Shown here piece by piece: positions 18,522 to 26,175 of a DNA stretch of 40,277 bases (position 1 is its first letter; the number at the start of each line of letters is the position of its first letter). The notes under the pieces were generated by a model. It had not been told where the DNA came from, made no database searches, and saw only the letters and a list, made by a program, of their open reading frames with translations. The stretch spans positions 1-40,277 of the forward strand of contig CAYPRZ010000002.1 of NCBI GenBank assembly GCA_964413315.1, given 5' to 3'. The stretch is from an uncultured Desulfovibrio sp. GTDB lineage: Bacteria; Desulfobacterota; Desulfovibrionia; Desulfovibrionales; Desulfovibrionaceae. A program made the position numbers and the translations under genes.

Positions 18522-18836
18522 ATGGCCTCAGAATTGACACGACGGATTGAAAGAAATGCTCAATACCAGCAATTGATCAAAGCTCGAAACATCTTGGGCT
18601 GGAGCCTTACCTTGCTTGTTTTTGCGGCCTACTACGCCTTTATACTCATCGTGGCCTTTGACAAAAAATTGTTTGCCACGCCCCTTGCAGCGGGCATGAC
18701 CACAACATGGGGCATTCCGCTGGGCATTGGCATCATTTTGCTCACCGTGCTGCTCACGGCGATCTACGTGCGCAAGGCCAATAACGATTTTGACCCCGCC
18801 CTCAAGCAGATACTTGAAAAAGAGGTGCAGTCATGA
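18522..18836 (+). CDS. DUF485 (YjcH-like) small membrane subunit
   Basis: Two TMs and motif [11 protein letters not shown]; ATGA overlap with actP. Confidence 0.9.
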   Translation: MASELTRRIERNAQYQQLIKARNILGWSLTLLVFAAYYAFILIVAFDKKLFATPLAAGMTTTWGIPLGIGIILLTVLLTAIYVRKANNDFDPALKQILEKEVQS

Positions 18837-20551
18837 GTACGCCAACCCGCACCTTGTGGCCGCACACTACAGTCGCCTCTTCTTGCTGGCGCGCCCTTGC
18901 CGCGCCCCTGCTTGCCCTGTGGGCAACCCTGCTGCCAGAGCTTGCCCTCGCGGCAGGCACCATTGAAGAAACACAAAAGCAGAACACCGACTGGACGGCC
19001 ATCATCATGTTCACCGTCTTTGTGGGGGGCTCGCTGTGGATCACCAAGTGGGCTGCCAAACGCACCCGCTCTGCCGCCGATTTTTACACGGCTGGCGGCG
19101 GCATAACAGGATTTCAGAACGGTCTTGCCATCGCGGGCGACTTTATGTCGGCTGCTTCGTTTTTGGGAATTTCTGCCGCAGTCATGGCCACGGGTTTTGA
19201 CGGCCTCATCTATGCCATCGGCTTTCAGGTGGGCTGGCCGCTCATTACCTTTATGCTGGCCGAGCGTCTGCGCAACCTTGGACGCTTTACCTTTGCCGAT
19301 GTGGTGGCCTACCGGCTGCAACAGGTTCCCGTGCGCATCTTTGCCGCATCGGGCACGCTGGTGGTGGTGCTCTTTTACCTCATAGCCCAAATGGTGGGCG
19401 CGGGGCAGCTCATCAAGCTGCTGTTTGGGCTTGATTACCACTATGCCGTGGTCATTGTGGGCCTGCTTATGATGGCTTACGTGCTTTTTGGTGGCATGAC
19501 GGCAACCACATGGGTGCAGATCATCAAGGCCTGTCTGCTGCTTGGCGGGGCCTCGTTCATGGCCTTTATGGTCATGGCCCGCTACGACTTCAGCCCCGAA
19601 AAGCTGTTCACAGCCGCAGTGGGCATCAAGCAGAGCACGGCCATCATGGGGCCGGGCGGCTTTGTCAAAGACCCCATTTCGGCCATTTCGCTTGGGCTTG
19701 CGCTGATGTTTGGCACTGCGGGCTTGCCGCATATACTTATGCGTTTCTTTACCGTGCCCGATGCCAGAGAGGCCAGAAAAAGCGTGCTGTGGGCAACCAC
19801 ATGGATAGGCTATTTCTACATCTTGACCTTCATCATCGGCTTTGGGGCCATTGTGTTTGTGAGCACCAACCCCGAATTCCTTGACGCAAAGGGCATTTTG
19901 CGCGGCGGCAGCAACATGGCGGCAGTGCACCTTGCCAATGCCATTGGCGGCAATATCTTTCTTGGTTTCATGTCGGCGGTGGCCTTTGCCACAATTCTTG
20001 CGGTTGTGGCCGGGCTTACCCTTTCGGGGGCCTCTGCCGTGGCGCACGATCTCTACGCTTCGGCCCTCAAAAAAGGCAAGGTAAGCTCTGCCGAAGAACT
20101 CAAGATTTCCAAGCTGACCACCGTGGCTCTTGGCATCATTGCCATGTTTCTGGGTATTGTGTTTGAAAAACAAAACGTGGCCTACATGGTTTCGCTGGCA
20201 TTTGCCATTGCGGCCTCGGCCAACTTTCCCGCGCTCATACTCTCTGTGTTGTGGAAAAACTGCACCACAAAGGGCGCTGTGACAGGCGGCTTTGCAGGCT
20301 TGCTTGCGGCGCTGGTCATGACCGTGCTCTCTGACGCGGTGTGGGTGGGCACGCTGGGCAACCCAGCGGGCAGTGCGCCCTTTCCGTATTCGTCCCCGGC
20401 CATCTTTTCCATGCCGCTGGCTTTTGCGTGCATCTGGATAGTTTCGATGTGCGACCGCTCGGCCCAGGCGCAAAAAGAACGCGAGGCCTTTGACGACCAG
20501 AAGATCAGATCAGAAACCGGGCTTGGAGCCTTTAAGCCCACAGTGCATTAA
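18833..20551 (+). CDS. actP: Cation/acetate symporter (solute:sodium symporter family)
   Basis: [48 protein letters not shown] and [14 protein letters not shown]. Confidence 0.92.
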   Translation: MSTPTRTLWPHTTVASSCWRALAAPLLALWATLLPELALAAGTIEETQKQNTDWTAIIMFTVFVGGSLWITKWAAKRTRSAADFYTAGGGITGFQNGLAIAGDFMSAASFLGISAAVMATGFDGLIYAIGFQVGWPLITFMLAERLRNLGRFTFADVVAYRLQQVPVRIFAASGTLVVVLFYLIAQMVGAGQLIKLLFGLDYHYAVVIVGLLMMAYVLFGGMTATTWVQIIKACLLLGGASFMAFMVMARYDFSPEKLFTAAVGIKQSTAIMGPGGFVKDPISAISLGLALMFGTAGLPHILMRFFTVPDAREARKSVLWATTWIGYFYILTFIIGFGAIVFVSTNPEFLDAKGILRGGSNMAAVHLANAIGGNIFLGFMSAVAFATILAVVAGLTLSGASAVAHDLYASALKKGKVSSAEELKISKLTTVALGIIAMFLGIVFEKQNVAYMVSLAFAIAASANFPALILSVLWKNCTTKGAVTGGFAGLLAALVMTVLSDAVWVGTLGNPAGSAPFPYSSPAIFSMPLAFACIWIVSMCDRSAQAQKEREAFDDQKIRSETGLGAFKPTVH

Positions 20552-20850
20552 GCAAAGAGTTGGCGGGCACGGCCCGTAATCTCCAAGGGGGGCATGGCAG
20601 GCCTTGGCACCGAGCCCAAGGCAATGCCCCCCAAAAAATCTTTTGTACCCGCCAGGACCCGTACTCTGGCGGGTATTCGGCTTTGAACTAGCCGCCGCCT
20701 GCCTGAAAAAACAAATACCTTTCACGGCTTTTCTTTGCGGGCTTGCCTTGCCGACCGCTACAAATTTTGCCATGATGGTTCAGACGCTTCTGCCGGTTTT
20801 TTCGCCCCAAATACCCTTTTCCGGCGCAACAATCCCTTGAGGAGGGCAGC

Positions 20851-21405
20851 ATGCTTACCCCCAACCAGTGTGTGCTTTACAGCGGCGGCGCCGCAGGAAC
20901 AGAACAGTTCTTCGGCGCGTTGGCCGAAAGCTGGGGTCTGGAAGAAGTAAACTACAGCTTTGAAGGACACCAGATTGAACGCACGCGCGGTGTGCGGGTG
21001 CTTACCTCTGAAGAACTGGCCCTCAAGGACGTAAGCCTGACTTACGTATCGCGGCTCATGAGCCGCGAATACACGCGTGCGCCCCTTTTTCGCAAGGTTT
21101 TGCAGTCCATTTGCTGGCAGGTCAGCAGCGGCGAGCAGATCATTGTTATCGGCGCTGTGCAGCCCGATGGCACGGTTAAAGGCGGCACTGGCTGGGGTGC
21201 AGAATTTGCCAAAATCTGCAACAAGCCCCTGCTTGTTTTTGACCAGCCCAAGAATGCATGGTTCTTCTGGGACAAGGACAAATGGAACCAAACCGCAGAA
21301 CCCCGCATTACCCATGCCCACTTTGCCGCCACCGGCACCCGTTTTCTTGAAGACAATGGCCGCGTAGCCATTCAGGACCTGTTTGCACGCTCCTTTTCGC
21401 GCTAG
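20851..21405 (+). CDS. Conserved hypothetical protein, possibly SLOG/YpsA-like nucleotide-binding fold
   Basis: GAGG RBS; motifs YSGGAAGTE, KGGTGWGAEFAK..KPLLVFD and TGTR. Confidence 0.7.
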   Translation: MLTPNQCVLYSGGAAGTEQFFGALAESWGLEEVNYSFEGHQIERTRGVRVLTSEELALKDVSLTYVSRLMSREYTRAPLFRKVLQSICWQVSSGEQIIVIGAVQPDGTVKGGTGWGAEFAKICNKPLLVFDQPKNAWFFWDKDKWNQTAEPRITHAHFAATGTRFLEDNGRVAIQDLFARSFSR

Positions 21406-21529
21406 CAACATAAGCCGCTTTTGCTGAAACGGCCCCTGACTGATACTCGGTCAGGGGCCGCGCTTGCGGCAATGTCTGGCCTTTGTGCCAGAGGCCGCGC
21501 CGCATTTCAGCCCGCATTACGGAGAATCC

Positions 21530-22009
21530 ATGAGCCGTCAGTTTACCCCCGCAGAACAAGCCGTGCTGCGCATAGTACAGGCCAACCTGCCCGATTCGCT
21601 TACTCCTTACGCCGACATTGCCGAACAGGCGGGCATGACAGAAGCCCAAGTGCTTGAACTGCTCAGTTCGCTCAAGGAATCAGGGGCCATACGCCGTTTT
21701 GGTGCCAGCATTAAGCACCAGAAAACTGGCTGGGCCCACAATGCCATGGTGGCCTGGAAGATCAGCCCCGACATGGTAGAGCAGTGCGGCACAGAGGCGG
21801 CCCGGCACAACCACATTTCGCACGTATACTACCGCCCCAGTTCTGCGCCCGACTGGCCTTACGAGCTCTACACCATGATTCATGGCCGCAGCGAGGCAGA
21901 ATGCCTTGGCGTGGTAGAAGACCTCAAGCGCGATACCCCCCTGCGCGAGCACGCCGTGCTGCGCAGCCTCAAAGAACTGAAAAAAATTTCCATGACCTAT
22001 TTTGCCTGA
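21530..22009 (+). CDS. ahbB: Siroheme decarboxylase beta subunit (Lrp/AsnC-like)
   Basis: [32 protein letters not shown] and [10 protein letters not shown]; next to hemL. Confidence 0.9.
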   Translation: MSRQFTPAEQAVLRIVQANLPDSLTPYADIAEQAGMTEAQVLELLSSLKESGAIRRFGASIKHQKTGWAHNAMVAWKISPDMVEQCGTEAARHNHISHVYYRPSSAPDWPYELYTMIHGRSEAECLGVVEDLKRDTPLREHAVLRSLKELKKISMTYFA

Positions 22010-22024
22010 TACAAGGAGCCTTTG

Positions 22025-23296
22025 ATGGACACCACTTCTCGGCAGCTTTTTGAAAAAGCCTGCGCTGTCATTCCCGGCGGCGTCAACAGCCCCGTGCGCG
22101 CCTGCCACAATGTGGACAGCCAACCCCTGTTTATCGCCGAAGCCCACGGCTGCCGGATTACCGATGTGGACGGCCAAGAATACATCGACTTTGTGCTTTC
22201 GTGGGGGCCCATGATTCTGGGGCACGACGAACCCTCGGTGACAAAGGCTGTGTGCGAGGCCGCAGCGCGCGGCACCAGCTACGGCGCTCCCTGCCCGGCA
22301 GAAGTTACCCTTGCCGAAGAAGTGGTAGCCGCCATGCCCAGCCTTGAAATGGTGCGCATGGTCAACTCTGGCACAGAAGCCACCATGAGCGCCCTGCGCC
22401 TTGCCCGTGCCGCTACCGGCAGGGATAAGGTGCTCAAGTTTGTGGGCTGCTACCACGGCCACGCCGACCCATTTCTGGCCGCCGCCGGTTCTGGCCTTGC
22501 CACGTTCTCCATCCCCGGCACGCCTGGCGTTCCTGCCGCAGTGGTGGCCGACACCCTGCTTGCGCCCTACAACGACCTTGAAGCGGTCAAGACCATCTTT
22601 GAACAGCACGGCGCAAGCATTGCCGCCATCATTGTAGAACCCATTGCCGCCAACATGGGTCTGGTGCTGCCCAAGCCCGGCTTTCTCGAAGGCCTGCGCT
22701 CCGTCACCCAACAGTATGGCAGTCTGCTGATTTTTGACGAAGTCATCACCGGCTTTCGCGCAGCCTTTGGCGGCGCACAGGCCCGTTATGGCGTTGACCC
22801 CGACCTCACCACCTTTGGCAAGATCATTGGCGGCGGTCTGCCTGTGGGAGCCTTTGGCGGCAAGCGCAAGTACATGGAACTGATCGCCCCCCGTGGCGGC
22901 GTGTATCAGGCCGGTACGCTTTCGGGCAACCCGCTGGCCATGGCCGCCGGTATCGCCACCATGCGCTACCTCAAGGCCGCCGACTACGCGGCGCTTGAAA
23001 AGCGCACCCACGCCTTTGCCATGGAACTGCGCGACATTCTGTCGGCCAAGGGTGTGCCCATCCAGATGCCCACCATCGCCTCCATGTTCTGCCCCTATTT
23101 CAGCGAGCAGGAAGTGACCGACTTTGCCACGGCCAAGCTCTGCGACCAAAACATTTTTACCAGCTTCTACAAGCAGATGCGCAATCAGGGCATCTACCTT
23201 GCGCCCTCTGGCTACGAAACCGGCATGGTTTCCTTTGTCCACACCGAGGACGACTTCGGCAAGGCTCTGGACGCCGCCCGCAAGGTAAGCTTCTAA
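22025..23296 (+). CDS. hemL: Glutamate-1-semialdehyde 2,1-aminomutase
   Basis: [41 protein letters not shown] and [10 protein letters not shown]. Confidence 0.97.
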   Translation: MDTTSRQLFEKACAVIPGGVNSPVRACHNVDSQPLFIAEAHGCRITDVDGQEYIDFVLSWGPMILGHDEPSVTKAVCEAAARGTSYGAPCPAEVTLAEEVVAAMPSLEMVRMVNSGTEATMSALRLARAATGRDKVLKFVGCYHGHADPFLAAAGSGLATFSIPGTPGVPAAVVADTLLAPYNDLEAVKTIFEQHGASIAAIIVEPIAANMGLVLPKPGFLEGLRSVTQQYGSLLIFDEVITGFRAAFGGAQARYGVDPDLTTFGKIIGGGLPVGAFGGKRKYMELIAPRGGVYQAGTLSGNPLAMAAGIATMRYLKAADYAALEKRTHAFAMELRDILSAKGVPIQMPTIASMFCPYFSEQEVTDFATAKLCDQNIFTSFYKQMRNQGIYLAPSGYETGMVSFVHTEDDFGKALDAARKVSF

Positions 23297-23305
23297 CGTT
23301 TGCAC

Positions 23306-23344
23306 GCCAGAGAGGGCTGTATGCTGGCCCTCTCTGGCTTTTTT
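23306..23344 (+). terminator. Intrinsic terminator after hemL
   Basis: GCCAGAGAGGGCT...GGCCCTCTCTGGC followed by T6. Confidence 0.75.
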
Positions 23345-23462
23345 GCTGTTCCTTTTTTTAGGATTTTTGTCAGCGTTTCCAGCGCGTATTCTCTGCTTGC
23401 AGGATGCACCAGCCCGCCCTTGCGCTCTGCGGCGAACCAAACAGCCGGAAGCCGGAGGCCTC

Positions 23463-24614
23463 TTGCAAAGCACTCACCGCACCCACGCGCTTGCCTGTTA
23501 CGCGCTCAGCCAGTCGGCCCTGCCATTGGCGCAGCGTCTGGCAACCTGCCTTGCCGCCAGCCCGTGGAGTTTGCCCCGCCAGCCGCTGTGGCAGACACAA
23601 GAGAACAACTCCGCCGACATTTCCCGCGTTCAGCTCTTTACCCCTGCCCGCTTTTGCCCCGCCGAGGCCACGGCCTTTGACAAAATTGGCCCTCTGCTGG
23701 CCCAAACCTTTCCACGCTTTGCTGCCCACGCCTTTATTGGTGCAACAGGCATAGCTGTGCGGGCGCTGGCCCCCCTGCTGAAACATAAAAGCACCGATGC
23801 CCCGGTGCTGGTGCTTGACCCTGCGGGGCAATTTGTCATCAGCCTGCTTGCTGGCCACTGGGGCGGCGGCAACGAACTGTCCCGCCATGTGGCCGCCTTG
23901 CTTCAGGCTGCGCCCGTGATCACCACAGCCTCAGATTCCACCCCCACGCCGCCCATTGCACTTGATGTGCTGCTGCGCGATGCAGGTCTGCTGCCTGTGG
24001 ACTGGAAGCGCTTGCCCGCCGCTCAGGCCGCCCTACTGGAAGGCAGCCAGCTGCACCTGTGGGATCCCTGCCACGCGGTGCCTGATCAACCCGTTTTGCT
24101 GCGCATGGCGGTTGCAGAAACCGACACACAGCCGCCAGCACATGCGGGGCAGCTTGTGGCCGCACACTGGCGGCGGCTAGAGCCGCAGCCCGCAACCCTG
24201 CGTGTTGCGGTTCCACGGCTTGTGCTTGGGCTTGGCTGCCGCAAGGATGTACCAGCAGATATGGTGATGGACGCAGTACACAATCTGCTTGAGCAACACC
24301 AGCTGGAGCCACTGGCGCTGGCCGCCCTTGCCACGGTGCACGATAAATTACAGGAACCGGCCCTGCTGGCACTGGCCGAAAGTCTGCACCTTCCGTTGCG
24401 GGGTTTTGCCGCCAGTGACCTTGCGCGCTGCCCCACGCCCAACCCTTCTGCCGCCGCTGGCAAGCGCTTTGAGCTGCCGCCTTTTAGCGTTTGCGAAGCC
24501 GCAGCCCTGCTTGGGGCGTCACAGATTTTTCCGGCGGGCACGCCCCGTTTGCTCCTTCCCAAAACTACAGTACTGGGCCAGCTAACCATGTCTATAGCCT
24601 TGGCCCGGCCCTGA
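23463..24614 (+). CDS. cbiG: Cobalt-precorrin-5A hydrolase CbiG
   Basis: FIGATGIAVR, VISLLAGHWGGGNEL, PVITTASD, LGLGCRK and SVCEAAAL. TTG at 23463 follows GGAGG; start uncertain. Confidence 0.88.
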   Translation: MQSTHRTHALACYALSQSALPLAQRLATCLAASPWSLPRQPLWQTQENNSADISRVQLFTPARFCPAEATAFDKIGPLLAQTFPRFAAHAFIGATGIAVRALAPLLKHKSTDAPVLVLDPAGQFVISLLAGHWGGGNELSRHVAALLQAAPVITTASDSTPTPPIALDVLLRDAGLLPVDWKRLPAAQAALLEGSQLHLWDPCHAVPDQPVLLRMAVAETDTQPPAHAGQLVAAHWRRLEPQPATLRVAVPRLVLGLGCRKDVPADMVMDAVHNLLEQHQLEPLALAALATVHDKLQEPALLALAESLHLPLRGFAASDLARCPTPNPSAAAGKRFELPPFSVCEAAALLGASQIFPAGTPRLLLPKTTVLGQLTMSIALARP

Positions 24615-24630
24615 CACACAGGATTATTCA

Positions 24631-25410
24631 ATGACTCCAGCAAGTTTGCACGTTGTGGGCCTTGGCCCCGGCGACGCCGCCTGTCTTACCCCGCAAGCCC
24701 GCACGGTGCTTGCACAGGCTACCTGCGTGGCCGGATACAATCTGTACATGGAGCTTGTGCCGCCAGAGCTGCTGGCGGGCAAGCAGTGCATCAGCACCGG
24801 CATGCGGCATGAAGAGGAACGCTGTGCTGCGGCGGTTGAGGCGGCGCTTGGCGGTCAGCCCACTGCCCTTGTGTGCTCTGGCGACCCCGGCATTTACGCC
24901 CTTGCCGGTCTGGCGCTTGAAGTACTGGAGGCAAAGGGGCTGGTGGGCACGGTTCCTTTTGGCGTTGTGCCGGGTGTACCTGCCGTGTGTGCGGCTGCCG
25001 CCCTGCTGGGCGCACCCCTCATGCACGACTTTGCCTGCATCAGCCTGAGCGACCTGCTCACCCCGTGGGAAACCATTGTGCGCAGGCTCAATGCCGCGCT
25101 GGAAGCCGATTTTGTCTGCGCTATCTACAATCCGCGCTCCAAGGGCAGGCCCCACCATCTTGAACAGGCCCTCGAAATAGCCCACAAATTTCGTGAGCCG
25201 CATTGCCCCGTGGGCTTGGTGCGCAAAGCCTTTCGCCCCGGCCAAGAGGCCCGCGTGTTTCGCCTTGACCAGTTCGACCCCACACAGGTGGACATGCTTT
25301 CACTGCTCATCATCGGCAATGCCGAAAGCCGCGCACTGGGCAACTTTATGCTGACACCAAGGGGCTACGCACAGAAAAAAGGCTCTGATCTTGGCAACTT
25401 ACCAAAATAG
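24631..25410 (+). CDS. cbiH: Precorrin-3B C17-methyltransferase (CbiH/CobJ)
   Basis: VVGLGPG, SGDPGIYAL, LGAPLMHDFACISLSDLLTPW, YNPRS and TPRGY. Confidence 0.94.
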   Translation: MTPASLHVVGLGPGDAACLTPQARTVLAQATCVAGYNLYMELVPPELLAGKQCISTGMRHEEERCAAAVEAALGGQPTALVCSGDPGIYALAGLALEVLEAKGLVGTVPFGVVPGVPAVCAAAALLGAPLMHDFACISLSDLLTPWETIVRRLNAALEADFVCAIYNPRSKGRPHHLEQALEIAHKFREPHCPVGLVRKAFRPGQEARVFRLDQFDPTQVDMLSLLIIGNAESRALGNFMLTPRGYAQKKGSDLGNLPK

Positions 25411-25435
25411 TTGGTATGGCATTTTGCCATAGTCA

Positions 25436-25464
25436 TTGACACACCGCGCAGAGGGCCGTAAAAT
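25436..25464 (+). promoter_or_regulatory. Sigma70 promoter of cytochrome c3
   Basis: TTGACA-17 nt-TAAAAT. Confidence 0.8.
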
Positions 25465-25508
25465 CCTACCAATTTGTTCCTATCTGCCGCACACTAAGGA
25501 GGTCTGCC

Positions 25509-25895
25509 GTGAAGAAAGTTCTGGTTCTTACCTGTATCATGGTGTTTACCCTGGCCTTGGCCGCTTTTGCCGCCCCCGCCGCACCTGACAAACCGCTGGA
25601 ATTTAAGGGTTCGCAGAAAACTGTCATGTTCCCCCACGCGGTGCATGCCAAGGTTGAATGCGTCACCTGTCACCACAAGGTGGACGGCAAAGAAAGCTAT
25701 GCCAAGTGCGGCAGCTCAGGTTGCCACGATGACCTCACCGGCAAGCAGGGCGAAAAAAGCCTGTACTATGTTGTGCATACCAAGAAAGAACTCAAGCACA
25801 GCAACTGCCTCAGCTGCCACTCCAAAGCTGCGGAAGAAAAGCCCGAACTCAAGAAGGACCTGACCGGTTGCGCCAAGTCCAAGTGCCACCCGTAG
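25509..25895 (+). CDS. cycA: Periplasmic tetraheme type I cytochrome c3
   Basis: Sec signal ending AFA; heme motifs CVTCH, CGSSGCH, CLSCH and CAKSKCH; AAGGAGG RBS. Confidence 0.96.
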   Translation: MKKVLVLTCIMVFTLALAAFAAPAAPDKPLEFKGSQKTVMFPHAVHAKVECVTCHHKVDGKESYAKCGSSGCHDDLTGKQGEKSLYYVVHTKKELKHSNCLSCHSKAAEEKPELKKDLTGCAKSKCHP

Positions 25896-25914
25896 TCTGC
25901 ATTCTTTTTTTGCG

Positions 25915-25940
25915 AGAAAGCCGCCTCCGGGCGGCTTTCT
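25915..25940 (+). terminator. Terminator hairpin after cytochrome c3
   Basis: AGAAAGCCGCC-TCCG-GGCGGCTTTCT. Confidence 0.7.
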
Positions 25941-26175
25941 GCGTCTTATAAGTGGGGGTGCGTTTGTTGCAAAAAAAATCGCGCCGTTCGACAGCCTTTA
26001 TGCCGCTGATTTTTTCACCAATCCGCAAATGTGACCATTCTGGAGCTGACTGATTTGGCCGGTTTGCGTCTTTTGCCATAAACTGATACGAAAATCTGTC
26101 GTTTTTGCAATATGAAACGAGATATTTTGCACGATTCCGGCCTTTGGCCGCTGCACACAACCCACGAGGTGGCGC

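Noticed and set aside
18764-20473. 569-aa minus-strand ORF
   Set aside because: Antisense shadow of actP, as expected from GC-rich codon bias; no recognisable motifs.
21530-22009. Lrp/AsnC transcription regulator
   Set aside because: The HxYxR and YTMIH motifs and the hemL context indicate siroheme decarboxylase AhbB.
21680-23473. 597-aa minus-strand ORF
   Set aside because: Antisense to ahbB and hemL.
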